Source: Octopus vulgaris | Taxonomy: Eukaryota | Assembly: GCA_951406725.2 (NCBI GenBank) | Contig: OX597840.1 | Span: forward strand, 18,724,001 to 18,788,000 | DNA: 64,000 nucleotides | Direction of reading: 5' to 3' | In this document: positions 23,706 to 36,740 of the stretch, one piece after another | Position numbering within the stretch: the first letter of the stretch is position 1 | Layout: each line of letters starts with the position of its first letter | Made by a program: the position numbers and the translations under genes | The notes under the pieces: model-generated | What the model saw: the letters and a program-made list of their open reading frames with translations, nothing else | Databases searched by the model: none | What the model was told of the DNA's origin: nothing

Positions 23706-23817
23706 ATATTCATAGTCTGAGTTGGTCATGTTTGGAAATTCAGTCAGAAAGTTTAATGACACTATCCAGGAGTAGGAGGCAGAGTAGAACAAAAGATGGA
23801 TAGATCTTGGTATTATT

Positions 23818-24030
23818 GGTAGAAACGTTAGCACGCCGGGTGAAGTGCTTTGTGGGTATTTCGTCTGCCGTTACGTTCTGGGTTCAAATTCCGCCGAGGT
23901 TGACTTTGCCTTTCATCCTTTCAGGGTCGATAAATTAAGTACCAGTTACACACTGGGGTCGATGTAATCGACTTAATCCATTTGTTTGTCCCCTCTGTGT
24001 TTAGCCCCTTGTGGGCAACAAAGAAATAAA
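23818..24030 (+). mobile_element. tRNA-derived SINE family B monomer
   Basis: AGAAACGTTAGCACGCCGGG..GTTCAAATTCCGCCGAGG..GCCTTTCATCCTTTC..TTAGCCCCTTGTGGG..AAAGAAAT. Confidence 0.85.
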
Positions 24031-24226
24031 TTATTATTATTATTATTTCTTCTGTGCCTCTATGAAAATGCTTGTGTTTAGCTAAATCATCACCACCTCT
24101 GCCACAAGAGGTATATCACAAATGCTGCTCTGATGATGATGCTTACCTGAATGAATGTATTTGTGTTAGTTTCAGAAAAACTCCAAAAGAGAAGGATTCA
24201 CCAGGAACCTCGCAGTGATATGGTTT

Positions 24227-24748
24227 TTATCGTGCATGAAGGCATTTGTGCCTAGATAAGCATCCGGCCTGAGAAAATAATTTACCACAGATATCACAGT
24301 GATATGGTTTCTCTCCTGTGTGAGTACGTTTGTGCTTTTTTAAAGTGCCATATTCTGCAAACGCTTTGCTACAGATATCACACTGATATGGTTTCTCTCC
24401 TGTATGAGTACGCTTGTGTCTTGTTAAGAAATCAGTTTGTGAGAATTTTCTATCACAGATATCACAATGATACGGTTTGTCCCCTGTGTGAGTACGTTTG
24501 TGTCTAGTTAAGCCACTACTTACAGAAAACGATTTACCACAGATGTCACAGTGATGAGGTTTCTCCCCTGTATGAACGCGAACATGTATTGTCAAGGCAT
24601 CACTCTTTGGGAAAGATTTACCACAGACATCACAGTGATATGGCTTCTCTCCCGTGTGAATGCGTCTGTGAGTTTTGAGATCATATTTTTGAGAGAAGCT
24701 CTTGTTACAGATATCACAGCCATATGGCTTTCCTGTTACTTTCGGCAT
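24227..24748 (-). CDS. C2H2 zinc-finger protein, 6 fingers (ZNF gene 1)
   Basis: Six CxxC..HxxxH fingers with TGEKP/TGDKP linkers; open 173-aa ORF. Confidence 0.9.
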   Translation of the reverse strand: MPKVTGKPYGCDICNKSFSQKYDLKTHRRIHTGEKPYHCDVCGKSFPKSDALTIHVRVHTGEKPHHCDICGKSFSVSSGLTRHKRTHTGDKPYHCDICDRKFSQTDFLTRHKRTHTGEKPYQCDICSKAFAEYGTLKKHKRTHTGEKPYHCDICGKLFSQAGCLSRHKCLHAR

Positions 24749-25369
24749 CTCTCAAGAAATTATAATAATCCTTTCAGTTCCTCACTAAATTTATTTTGCT
24801 ATGATTCTTCCTTTATCACCAGAAAACATGGACATTGAGGCTGTATTTACTGTTTTTTCCATGGGTATATATTTTTAACCACATTGATGTTTCTCTGCAA
24901 TATTTCCATCGACTGAGATCTTTGTTGCTTTATAAAGATGCTGTGAACTCCTGTGTAAACTTACCCAAGCTGGGCATGGCTGTGTGGTTAGGGAGCTTGC
25001 TTCCTAGCTACATGGTTTCGGGTTCAGTCCCACTGCGTGGCACTTTGGGCAGGTGTCTTCCACTATAGCCCCGAATCGACCGAAGCTTTGTGATTGAATT
25101 CGGTAGGCGGAAGTTACTGCCGTGTGTGTATATGTGTGTGTAGGTGCTCAGTGCCTCTCCGAAAGAGAGAGAGGGAGAAATATCTTGAATACATTTCAGA
25201 CAAGGAAGCTGAGAAATTTCCCTGTTAATCCCATTTCAGAAATATTTCACAGTAATTCATCAAAGATTTATATAAACAGGGTTTGTATCTGTTCTGTATG
25301 ACATCTTCCATTAACCGTGTTGTGATGACGTAACAGGAGGTAAGAATTTTTTCTGCCGATGCCATCTGA

Positions 25370-25400
25370 TGTTCTGAAATAGAGAAACAGAATAAGATGT
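25370..25400 (-). promoter_or_regulatory. Putative splice acceptor of the ZNF gene 1 coding exon
   Basis: Minus strand TCTTATTCTGTTTCTCTATTTCAG|AACATCAGATG; conserved at 34142 and 42345. Confidence 0.6.
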
Positions 25401-25495
25401 AGAGGATAGTGAAGATATGTGTAACAAACAAAATAGCTCATTAGAGAATTTCTTTAAGAGGCGAAAGTAGTAACGATACCAAGAAGTAATGTTTA

Positions 25496-25860
25496 TCACC
25501 ACATCAATATGGCTGTTCCATACGAATTGACATTACTGCCTAGGTTAGGTTCCAGATCAGCCTTGACTGTCATCAGCCAGGTTTTTCGTTGTCCACCACA
25601 TTGCTTTCGCCAACCCTGAAGGGGAGTTGGGGAAATTGCTTCATAGATGAATTCTCCTGGTTGACGACGGAGGGCATGACCCAGCCAACGCAGATGCCTC
25701 ATTAGGATGACTTGTCGGAGGGAGGTGATTCTGCACTGGTGTCGCACCGAATTGTTGGAGACAAAGTGATGCCATCGTACACAGAGGTGATCGAAGGATT
25801 CTAGTCGCTTAATATCTTCCACCCGCATTGGCCATGACTCGCTGCCAAAGCACTGGCATT
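25496..25860 (-). mobile_element. RTE-clade LINE fragment (post-RT region)
   Basis: GSESWPM..RLESFDH..LRWLGHALRR..GGQRKTW. Confidence 0.82.
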
Positions 25861-26625
25861 TATAATGGTCCATTCCAGCTAGAAAGATGGATACACTATT
25901 ATAAGAATAGCCTATACACATTTAGGTCACTTGCTGTCCATCTGAACTTTTCCTGACACAGCAAGGTTGTGGGTCTGACACGAGAGACAGAATATTTAGA
26001 TATGATTTCGAATCTCAACCAGGAAGAGAAATTCAGTTTCTACAATACCCACATTCTAGTGAGAGAAAATCGATCAAATTAGTAAAATTTTAATGTTTAA
26101 AACTGGTATACAAGCTTGGCATTAAAATTGACACAGATATGGAAATTTGAGGTTCAAGAGGGGGGGGCAAAAAGAGCAATTTAACCCCAAATGAAAACAA
26201 TTTTTTTGTGACATTGAAGATTGCTAAATATCTGCTTAGTGTTTGTCATAGGAAGGGCTCCACTCATTTTTAGTTAGACATGCGAAAAAGAAGCAGGCAG
26301 TCTTTTGAAATAACTAGAAATAACAGCCAAATCTTTTTTTCTTTTCTTTGATTATCTGCTAACAAATTCAGAAATAATGGTTGGGAAAAAATTTTATTTT
26401 ACAAAATTCCAATTATTAAATCTACAAAAATATTTGATTTGAGCAGTTCAATAAATAAATATATAAAATAAAATAAAATTGAATAACAGAATAGAAGACA
26501 CTTTATGACACATTTGTGAATGCTAACATAAAAGGAAAAGGTTTTTGCTTTGTCAAGAAATGCATTTTCTTATACATGTGAGATAAGTTTCCATGGGGGA
26601 AAACATGCATCTTTGTTCACAATTA

Positions 26626-27888
26626 CGAGGGGCATTCAATAAGTAATGCCCCTGACCCACTTCCCATAGCAGTAGAGCAACGAAACTTGGCGCAGTTATT
26701 AGTCTTTTTCTACATAGGAACCACTCAGAGTTACGCATTTCTCCCATTGTTTGATGCGGCTCCGGAGACCGTTTTTGTAGAAGAACCCAGCTTGGTCCTC
26801 CAACCTCAACGTGACTTCAGAAATCAAGGCTGCATCATCTGGGAAACGCTTTCCTTTCAAAAACAACTTCATGATTGGGAAGAGGTGAAAATCAGAGGGT
26901 GCAAGGTCAAGAAAGTAGGGGGATGAGGAGGAGTTCATAGCCATACGCCTGTGATTCTGATCTGGCGACAAGCGAGTTGTGGACTGGAGCGTTGTCCTGC
27001 AGGAGGAGGATGCCTTTGCTGATCTTGCCCCGCCTCTTGATTTTGATAACATCTCTTAATTTCCTCAAAAGTGAAGCATAATAGGCTCCTGCAATTGTGG
27101 TACCCTTTGCCAGGAAATCTGTCATCACTACTCCGTCCTGGTCCCAGAAGACTGTGAGCATGACCTTGCCAGCGGAGGGCTGCACCCTTGCCTTCTTTGG
27201 AGGGGGTGAGTCACGGTGCTTCCACTGCATTGACTGGGCTTTGGTCTCTGGATCATCGTGATGGACCCAGGTTTCATCCTGTGTAATCAGTCTTTTGAAA
27301 AATTTTGACTCATCTTCTTGGCACATCTCCAAATTCAACCTCGAGCACTCAACGCGTTCTTGCTTCTGGAAAGGCGTGAGCAACCTGGGAAGCCATCTGG
27401 CAGACACCTTTTGCATATGCAAATAGTCATGAATGATAGTTTCCACAGATCCGGTACTAATCTTAACCTCATGGGCTATTTGGCGAATAATTATGCATCG
27501 ATCTTCCAAAATGGCAGCCTCAACTTGACGGACAGATGCCTCATCAATGGCAGAAGGGGGCGACCAGATCTGGGAGCTGTTTCCACAGAGTTCCGACCAT
27601 GTTTGAATTCATGATGCCAGCGTTTTACAAGGTCATATGATGGGGCATCATCACCATAAGTTACTTTCATTTCATCAAAAGTCTCCCGTGGTGTGCGTCC
27701 TTTCCAATACAAAAACCGGATCACTGTTCGACACTCAACAGGCTCCATTTCACACTTGACTCGGTTCAAACACCTGTAAATCAGAAACCACAATTAATTC
27801 AGAGCTGTAATTTGCCACTTACTCTATAGAGATACAAATGATTGCACATGCAAGTGGGTCAGAGGCATTACTTATTGAACGTCCCTCG
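26626..27888 (-). mobile_element. Full-length mariner transposon, transposase frameshifted
   Basis: TA|CGAGGGGCATTCAATAAGTAATGCC ... GGCATTACTTATTGAACGTCCCTCG|TA; about 1.26 kb. Confidence 0.93.
26702..27748 (-). pseudogene. Mariner transposase (DD34D type), two frameshifts
   Basis: MEPVECRTVIRFL, PRSGRP, WLPRLL, ITQDETWVHH, KVMLTVFWD, LLQDNAPVH, PYFLDLAPSDFHLF across three ORFs. Confidence 0.92.
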
Positions 27889-28220
27889 TATAATGACTTG
27901 CAACAAACTCTTTTGGTACACCCACACAGATGTGGAAATTTGAGGTTCAGAGGCAGGGGGGAAGCAGTTCAACTCCAATTGAAATCAATAAGACATTGCC
28001 ATCACATTTAGATCACTTGCTGTCCATTTGAACTTTCTCAGACACAGCAAGGTCAAGTAGAAACACATCAGTGTTCCTTTTGACGGGTTTTCTCATTTGC
28101 TTTGACATAAGAATTTTAGATTCAATTTCTAATCTCAGCCAGGAAGAGAAATTCAGTTTCTACATAACCAATACTATGACCACCTACCTACCCATCATCT
28201 CTTGTACCCTTTATAAAGGA

Positions 28221-28400
28221 GGTACTGTAGCTATTCTTCTGAAATTCCAATTTCTCTATTTTGCGATCGAAGTATCTCAGAATGTGTACCCCAAGAATAG
28301 AACTTTAAACTCCCTTGGATCAAAAAATATTATCAAGTACTTGAAGACAAATGGTATAATTGCCAGTGAGAAAATGTGTGCTTGCACTCATGCAATGAGT
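28221..28400 (+). mobile_element. Possible Merlin/ISXO2-like transposon 5' fragment
   Basis: Starts GGTACTG; IIKYLKTNGIIASEKMCACTHAM resembles a Merlin N-terminal Zn-ribbon start. Confidence 0.35.
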
Positions 28401-28452
28401 TGTCTCTGCCGGGTCGTGGTTTCCCTCGGCTTACTGTGTGTTTGCCTACAGA

Positions 28453-28652
28453 GCGCAAGCTGGCAGAAACGTTAGCACGCCGGGCAAAATGCTTAGCGGT
28501 ATTTTGTCTGCCACTATGTTCTGAGTTCAAATTTCACCGAGGTCGATTTTGCCTTTCATCCTTTTGGAGTGAATTAAATAAGTACTGGTGTCGATGTAAT
28601 CGACTTAATCCGTTTGTCTGTCCCCTCTGTGGGTAGTAAAGAAATAGGTATT
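28453..28652 (+). mobile_element. SINE family B monomer with deletions
   Basis: GCAAGCTGGCAGAAACGTTAGC.. to AAAGAAATAGGTATTT. Confidence 0.8.
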
Positions 28653-29331
28653 TATAATGGCACATTCCATACAGATGGATATACCATTATAAGAATAGCC
28701 TATACACATTTAGGTCACTTGCTGTCCATTTGAACTTTCCCTGATACAGCAAGGTCGTGGGTCAAGTGGAAACACATCAAACAGTGTTAATTTTAAATAT
28801 ATAATGAAATTATTGTATACAGTGCTCAAAGAGATTTTTCCGCTTGCTTTGACACGTGAGAATGTTTAGATACGATTTCGAATCTCAGCCGGGAAGAGAA
28901 TTTTAGTTTCTACACATACTTTGGTATTATTTGATCCTTTCACCAAGAAAAGAAACAAAAAAAAAAACAAAAACAAATAATCTTTTGCGTGAAATCAAAT
29001 ACCCTGACCTCCTAATATTTTTTAACGAAATCTTTCGGTTAATGCTGAAAGTTATAAGTAAAGAAAGTCGTCTCCTGTGAATTCTCCGAAACTCCTCACC
29101 AACCTCTCAGAAAATGTTTTACACCACAGATTCCGACATAATCGGGATCTAAATCACCTGAAGCGAATTAGTAGAGAATTTCATTAATAAGTGTTTATTT
29201 TTTCTGGAAGTCGTATGAAGCAACAAAGTCGGGGTAGAGGATGCCTGGGTGTGTGTAGGAATGTCCTATTGTATCCCTATTTTGTTCCGGTCAGTTTCTT
29301 TCCTTACTCTTGCATGACACGTCAAAACTTG

Positions 29332-29730
29332 GGTACTACTTGAGATCAGTGGTTCCGGTGCGCGCACTCGCGCTAGCTAGTTGTGACTAGTCGATCCTAC
29401 AACGACTATCTAGCAAAGTAAATAAAATACAAAAGAAATAATTGGCGATCCTTCGGCATAGGTACCGTAAGTGGCTTTGTTTACATTTCTGAAGATAACA
29501 GAAACCCTTTCCTCCCACCCCTAACCCTAACCCCCCATATATGTAAAAAAAAACTTTCTTGAAATGTATCCGGTACCTATACCGAAGTTATGCCTAATTT
29601 TTTTACACAAAGTAAATAATTTTTTAAACAAAATAAATAACACAAAAACACAAACTAAGGATCGACTAGTCATGACTAGCTAGCGAGTACGCGAGTGCGC
29701 GTACCGGGAGTACTGTTCTCAAGCAGTATC
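29332..29730. mobile_element. GGTACTA-ended foldback MITE (Merlin- or MULE-like) with a nested GGCGA-ended MITE (29444-29594)
   Basis: 9-bp TSD CAAAACTTG (29323-31, 29731-39); long TIRs; inner TIRs GGCGATCCTTCGGCATAGGTACC / GGTACCTATACCGAAGTTATGCC. Confidence 0.85.
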
Positions 29731-29871
29731 CAAAACTTGTACACAAATGCGAGCGGCACACACATACACATACTGATATATTGCGGTCGTTTATTCTCAC
29801 TGATGAACTCAAGATATATAATCACCATGTTGCTACAATACATAAACTCTGACACACACATATAATATGAA

Positions 29872-30300
29872 TAATACTTACTCTGACCCCAGTTAGGAGG
29901 AAGGCGTCACATGGTGAAGGAGTCGTTTTAAAACACTTAAATATTAATATGGACCCTGTGTAAAATAAGTCACAATATTCTCTCTGATTTAAATATTACT
30001 TTACACAGTTAATCACCAAAAATGTACTTTTAATTGGAGCCCCGTTAATTATTAGTTGTAAATTGGAAAAGAACAAGTGCGAAAGACGTGCAATTAACAA
30101 AAGCAGGGGAACTAACTCCACCTCTAGCTTTAACATCACTTACGGTGTAGCGATTTCACAGTGTCCTAATCACCTTATTTCCTCTTAACAGATTAATAGT
30201 GGACAGGATGAAAGCGATTTTTTGCCTCTCACTTTCATTTCATGATCACCAAATGTTCGTCGCTCTAATGGCAAATGAAAGAATTACTATTATTTTCATC
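29872..30300 (-). promoter_or_regulatory. Putative promoter/first exon of ZNF gene 1
   Basis: Minus-strand donor AGA|GTAAGT at 29876-81; block conserved in four units. Confidence 0.55.
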
Positions 30301-31047
30301 ATTATTATAATAATTCTTTTTCAATAACTATCAACATGAAGAGGGGCTCTGATCAATTAGAATCAGTCTGAAGTTATGACACTGTTGACCATCCCAGCAT
30401 GCTGGCTGTTCTAACCAAAACCAGCGACAGTCCCATCTTCAGAAACGACCCACTTTCATTTCAGGTTACCCAACTCAAATCCCACCCCAAGTGTTCGTCG
30501 CTCTTGTAACAAATAAAAGTATTATTATTCTGGCTATCATCATCATCATTACTCTTTTTTTTTTTCCAGCAACTTGAAATTATAATAACTACCAATAAAT
30601 TGTAGAAGGGCTCTGAATTTGAAATCAGTCTCAAGTTACGGTAGAAGTGACCATCACAGAAATCTAATTGTTCTAACCATAACCAGCCACAGTCTCATCT
30701 TCAGAAACTGGATTCTTACAATGTACAGCTGTATCTGTTTGGTGGTCAAACTGAATGGCTACTCATCACAATTTTATTTTTAAATCACACACTCACTCTG
30801 GCAAAGATAACACCTCTCGTTGTTTTACTCTGTTTTGGCACTGAGGGGTTTGCTGTGCAGGATGGAGCTACAGAGAGACAGCATAGTTGACCTGGGACAC
30901 GAGGGTAGTGTTTGCATTGAGGAACGGATGTCACTTTTATGGGTGTTAACACACATCATAGACGAAAGTGATTGGCACCGTTCTGGGAGAGTAACAGTAA
31001 GATGCATTGATTCAGAGAAATGCTTGTGTTTCAAGTAAGTCTATGTA

Positions 31048-31382
31048 GGGGCCACTGCCAGCCTCCCCTGGCACCTTTGCCGGTGTCATATAAAAAGCAC
31101 CATTCACACGTGGTCGATGCTAGTGCTGCCTTGACTGGCTTCCGTGCTGGTGGCATGTAAAAATCACCAACCAATCGTGGCCGTGGCCAGCCTCCCCTGG
31201 CACCTGTGCCAGTGGCACGTACAAAGAACCCACTACACTCTCAGAGTGGTTGGCGTTAGGAGGGGCATCAAGCTGTAGAAACACTGCCAGACCAGACTGG
31301 TGCAGCCTCCTGGCTTCCCAGACCCCCGGTCGAACTGTCCAACCCATGCTGGCATGGAAAGCAGACGTTAAACGATGATGAT
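31048..31382 (+). mobile_element. RTE-tailed SINE family D
   Basis: Internal GTGGCACGTAAAA-type repeats; tail GACGTTAAAC(GAT)n; same insertion site as the copy at 40468. Confidence 0.8.
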
Positions 31383-31613
31383 AGTTCATTTGTTTGACAG
31401 AGGGTTCAGTTTAGGCCCTTAGGGTCAGATTCAATCCAGGTCCACAGGTGGATAAAAGCAGGAAGTAGTTGTAAAATGAGTGGCCCTTATGATTTAGACA
31501 TTAGCTGAGTGAAAAATGGGGAGCCTGCAGCCAATGGCTAAACGAGGAATTTTCAAAGATATATAAAATTTGAGAGAAAATTCTTTAACTGAATATATTT
31601 TTGTTGATATAAC

Positions 31614-31619
31614 TTTATT
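31614..31619 (-). terminator. Putative poly(A) signal of ZNF gene 2
   Basis: AATAAA on the minus strand within the conserved 3' block. Confidence 0.45.
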
Positions 31620-32829
31620 TAAAACTTAACTTTTCATGTAATTGTGAATTTTATAAATATCTGTTATATTACTTTATTGACAATTCTTAAAAGTAATCAT
31701 AATTGTGTTTATAAAAGAAATCTGAAAAAGAAATTAAAAAAGAAATTGCAATGGAGGTGCTTACTTTGAAACTAATACCAAAAAAATGTTCCAATCTCCT
31801 GTTTTCATAACAATTACTCTGCAGAAAATATTATCCAATATTTTCAACTCTTATGCATACCTCATGTAAATCTACACACAGATTCGATTTTAGCCTTATC
31901 GACATAATATATGAATATATATTTATATATACATGAAAATGTGTGTATAAATATATCTATGCATTTGTGTATACATTTGTCTCCATATAAATGTGCTGTT
32001 TTTAATTGAGAACCATCATCATACAATCAAGGTGGTTTGTCTCCAATCTTGTGTGAGGAACACGTCTGGTTATGGGGAAATATTTCCTTACTTGGAAACT
32101 GGGGGTTGGTGATGAGAAGGGCATCCACCCGTAGAAAATGTACTTCACACAAGCATGGAAAAGTGTGAAAGGACGATGACGTGTATGCACACACATCTTG
32201 AATTTGGTTTCCATGCCTGTCCCTCCCTATGTCAGGAATGTTGGTTAATGACTAAAAGTGCACAATTATGAATACAAGCAATTGAAGTGGGGTTACTCCA
32301 AAAAAAGATATCTGGAGTAACAGTACTTAGCAGGGTGCATGCTTTAGAGATGAGTGACTCTCTCCAGATTGAGATACGCCTTTTCCACATTGAGAAGTCA
32401 CAGCTCGGTTTCAATAAACTTGTGATTAATATGTCACAAGAAAGGACTGCAAGAAATGGTAGGAACCCAAGACAATACCAAAATGAAGAGGGTTGGATAA
32501 AATCCACAGACCAAGTTGGCCATACTTGGGAATGCTGCCAGGAAATCTAATGATGATTGGATTAGATAGGACCCTATAGAGGAGATGATTGAGGACTCTA
32601 AGCCCACAACCCTTCCAGGGGTAGGGACAGAGAGGAATGACGAATGGATGGATCTTGGCATTACCATTTCTTCTGAAAATATTTTTTGAGCTAAATCACC
32701 AAAAGAGAATGGATCTATCATAAATACTGCACAGATTGTGGTTTCTTGTCTGTATGAATGTGTTTGTGTTAATTTCAGAAAAGCTCAATCAGATAATGAA
32801 TCACCATAGACATCACAGGGACATGGTTT

Positions 32830-33354
32830 CTATCCTTTACGAATGCACTTGTGTCTTGTTAAGAAATTGCTTTGAGAGAATGTCCTACCACAAATATCAC
32901 AGTGATATGGTTTCTCTCCTGTGTGAGTACGCTTGTGTCTCGTTAAAGCACCACATTCAGCAAACGATTTGCCACAGATATCACAGTGATACGGTTTGTC
33001 GCCTGTATGAATGCGTTTGTGTTTAGTCAAATCACTGCTCCCAGCAAACGATTTACTACAGCTGTCACAGTGATATGGTTTGTCCCCTGTGTGAGTACGT
33101 TTGTGTCTAGTTAAAGCACCACTTACAGAGAATGATTTACCACAGATATCACAGCGATGGGGTTTCTCTCCTGTATGAATACGTACATGTCTTGTTAAGG
33201 CATCACTTTTTGGGAAGGATTTGCCACAGACATCACAATCATATGGCTTCTCTCCTGTGTGAATGCGTCTGTGAGTTTTGAGATCACACTTTTGAGAGAA
33301 GGACTTTTTACAAATATCACAGTCATATAATGGCTTTCCTGTCAATTTTGGCAT
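32830..33354 (-). CDS. C2H2 zinc-finger protein, 6 fingers (ZNF gene 2)
   Basis: Five canonical fingers plus a terminal HKC variant; TGEKP/TGDKP linkers; 174 aa. Confidence 0.9.
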   Translation of the reverse strand: MPKLTGKPLYDCDICKKSFSQKCDLKTHRRIHTGEKPYDCDVCGKSFPKSDALTRHVRIHTGEKPHRCDICGKSFSVSGALTRHKRTHTGDKPYHCDSCSKSFAGSSDLTKHKRIHTGDKPYHCDICGKSFAECGALTRHKRTHTGEKPYHCDICGRTFSQSNFLTRHKCIRKG

Positions 33355-34318
33355 CTCTCAAGAAAAAAATATAAATCCTCTCAGTTTTTCACAAAATCAT
33401 TTTTCTATGGTTCTTCCTCTATCACCAGAAAACATGGATATTAAGGGAGTATTTCCTTTTTCTACAATCATTGGAGCACAAATCACTCCTCAGAGCTGCA
33501 GGTTCATGAGACGGTTGTAATCTGTAAACAGTTTTGAGTTGGAACCAGAAAGAAAAGTATGAACATGCAATGTGCACGGCACACTGAATTCGTAAAACGG
33601 AAGAGAAGAATAAAAATGCAATGTCAAAAAAGTTATACGATGGTCAGCATGCCATGTATGGCACTACCATCATGCAGTCTTGCTGTCATTTTCTTGTTTT
33701 ATATATAATTTTTAATCACAAGGAATACGTCTCTGCTGTATTTCCATCAACAGATATTTGTTGCTATCTGAAGATGCCGTGAACTCCTATGTGTAGATTT
33801 CTATCTATCTATCTATCTATCTGCTCAGTCGAAGTCGACTCGGTTACTCGATAGATCAGTGTCCTCCAGTCAGTTCTGTCCTGGGCAGTTCTTTCAGATT
33901 GGCTATGTCCATTATGGTGTAGATTTATCCAAGGCTAATTAGAATACAGAACCATCTTCAACACATTCCACACAGTGAAGATGAGAAATATTCCTATTAA
34001 TCCCAGTTCAGAAGAAATAGTTTACGGTAATTCGTCAAAGATTTATATAGACAGGGTTACATCTTCCTTTAAGCATGATACGATGATGGGAATGATGTAT
34101 CAGAAGTTAAGAATTCTCTTCAGTCAATGTCATCTGATGTCCTGAAATAATAGAGAAACAGAATAAGATATGGAGGATAGTTGGGAAAATGAGATTCAAC
34201 AGAGGAAATTTTACTTTAGTTCTATATTGACAAATTGTAAACTTTTACATGAACAAATGAACTCAATGTATTTTACTATATCCAAGATTGTGAGATGTAT
34301 ATATAACAATGTAGTGTA

Positions 34319-34810
34319 TCTATTTCTTTACTACCCACAAGGGGCTAAACACAGAGGGGGACAAACGGATTAAGTTGATTACATCCACCCCAGTGCATAA
34401 CTGGTACTTAATTTATCAATCCCGAAAGGATGAAAGGCAAAGTCGACCTTGGCGGAATTTGAACTCAGAATGTAGCGGCAGACGAAATACCTATTTCTTT
34501 ACTACCCACAAGGGGCTAAACACAGAGGGGACAAAGATGGACAGACAAATGGATTAAGTCGATTACATCGACCCCGGAGCATAACTGGTACTTAATTTAT
34601 TGAACCCAAAAGGATGAAAGGCAAGGTCGACCTCAGCAAAATTTGAACTCAGAACGTAGCGGCAGACGAAATACCTATTTCTTTACTACCCACAAGGGGC
34701 TAAACACAGAGGGGACAAACAAACGGATTAAGTCAATTACATCGACTCCAGTGCACAACTGGTACTTATTTAATCGACCCTGAAAGGATGAAAGGCAAAG
34801 TCGACCTCAC
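34319..34810 (-). mobile_element. SINE family B tandem trimer
   Basis: Three units of up to about 180 bp joined at the AAAGAAATAGGTATTTCGTCTGCC junction (reverse strand). Confidence 0.85.
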
Positions 34811-35700
34811 CTGGGGTCTGGGAAGCCAGAAGGCTGCACCAGGCCCGGTCTGATCTGGCAGTGTTTCTACAGCTGGATGCCCTTCCTAACGCCAACCACT
34901 CCGTGAGTGTAGTAGGTGCTTTTTACGTGCCACCGGCACGGAGGGCAGGCGAGGCTGGCATCGGCCACGATCAGATGGTGCTTTTTACATGCCACTGGCA
35001 TGGAGGCCAGTAAGGGCGGTGCTGGCTACGGTCACGTTCGGATGGTTCTCTTACGTACCACCGGCACTGGTATCACAGCTACAAATTCCATTGATGTTGA
35101 TTGATTTCGATTTTCACTTGCCTCAACAGGTCTTCACAAGTAGAGTTTTGTGTCCCAAGAAGGAAAGGTATGCATAGGTGGACTGGCTATGTCCCAGGTA
35201 GAGGCCACAGGTTATGACACACACATCATACAATATATTTATTTTGTGTATGTGTGTATATATCATCATCATCGTTTAATGTCCGTTCTTCATGCTAGCA
35301 TGGGTTGGACTGTTCGACTGGGGATCTGGGAAGCCAGAAGGCTGTACCAGGCTCCAGTCTGATCTGGCAGAGTTTCTACAGCTGGATGCCCTTCCTAACG
35401 CCAACCACTCCGTGAGTGTAGTGGGTGCTTTTTACGTGCCACCTGCACACGTGCCAGGCGAGGCTGGCAACGGCCACGGTCGGATTGGTGCATTTTACGT
35501 GCCACCGGCACGGAAACCAGTCGAGGCGGCACTGGCATCGGCCATGATTCGGATGGTACTTTTTACGTGCCACTGGCACGGAAGCCAGTCGAAGCAACGC
35601 TGGCATCGGCCACGATTTGGATAGTGCTTTTTACGTACCACCAGTCCAGGGGTCCTGGTAACTGCCGGGTGCCAGTCATAGGATTGGTTCAATTTCGATT
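34811..35700 (-). mobile_element. Two RTE-tailed SINE family D copies
   Basis: Reverse complement of family D at 34811-35110 and 35262-35700. Confidence 0.8.
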
Positions 35701-36028
35701 TATATATATGCAAATATATGCACTTGTGTATGTATAAACATAGTAGTGTGTATTGTACATAAGTAAATTGATGATATCTATGTGTGTTTCATTATTTACT
35801 TGTTTCAATTATTCGACTGCAGCCATGCTGGGGCACTGCCTTGAAGAATTTTAGTTAAACAAATTGACCCCAGGACTCTTTATATTTTTTTAAAGCTGGT
35901 ACATTGGACTCACAAATTTAGTCGAACAACAGGTAGGACTGACATCTGCCTCACATGTGATGTCAGTAAGCCGCTACACAAAATAATTATCGTTGGTATG
36001 TTCCGATAGAAATGCAAGAAATACATGT

Positions 36029-36740
<712 letters not shown>

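Noticed and set aside
29518-29532. Interstitial telomere
   Set aside because: Only about 2.5 units, and they are part of MITE interiors.
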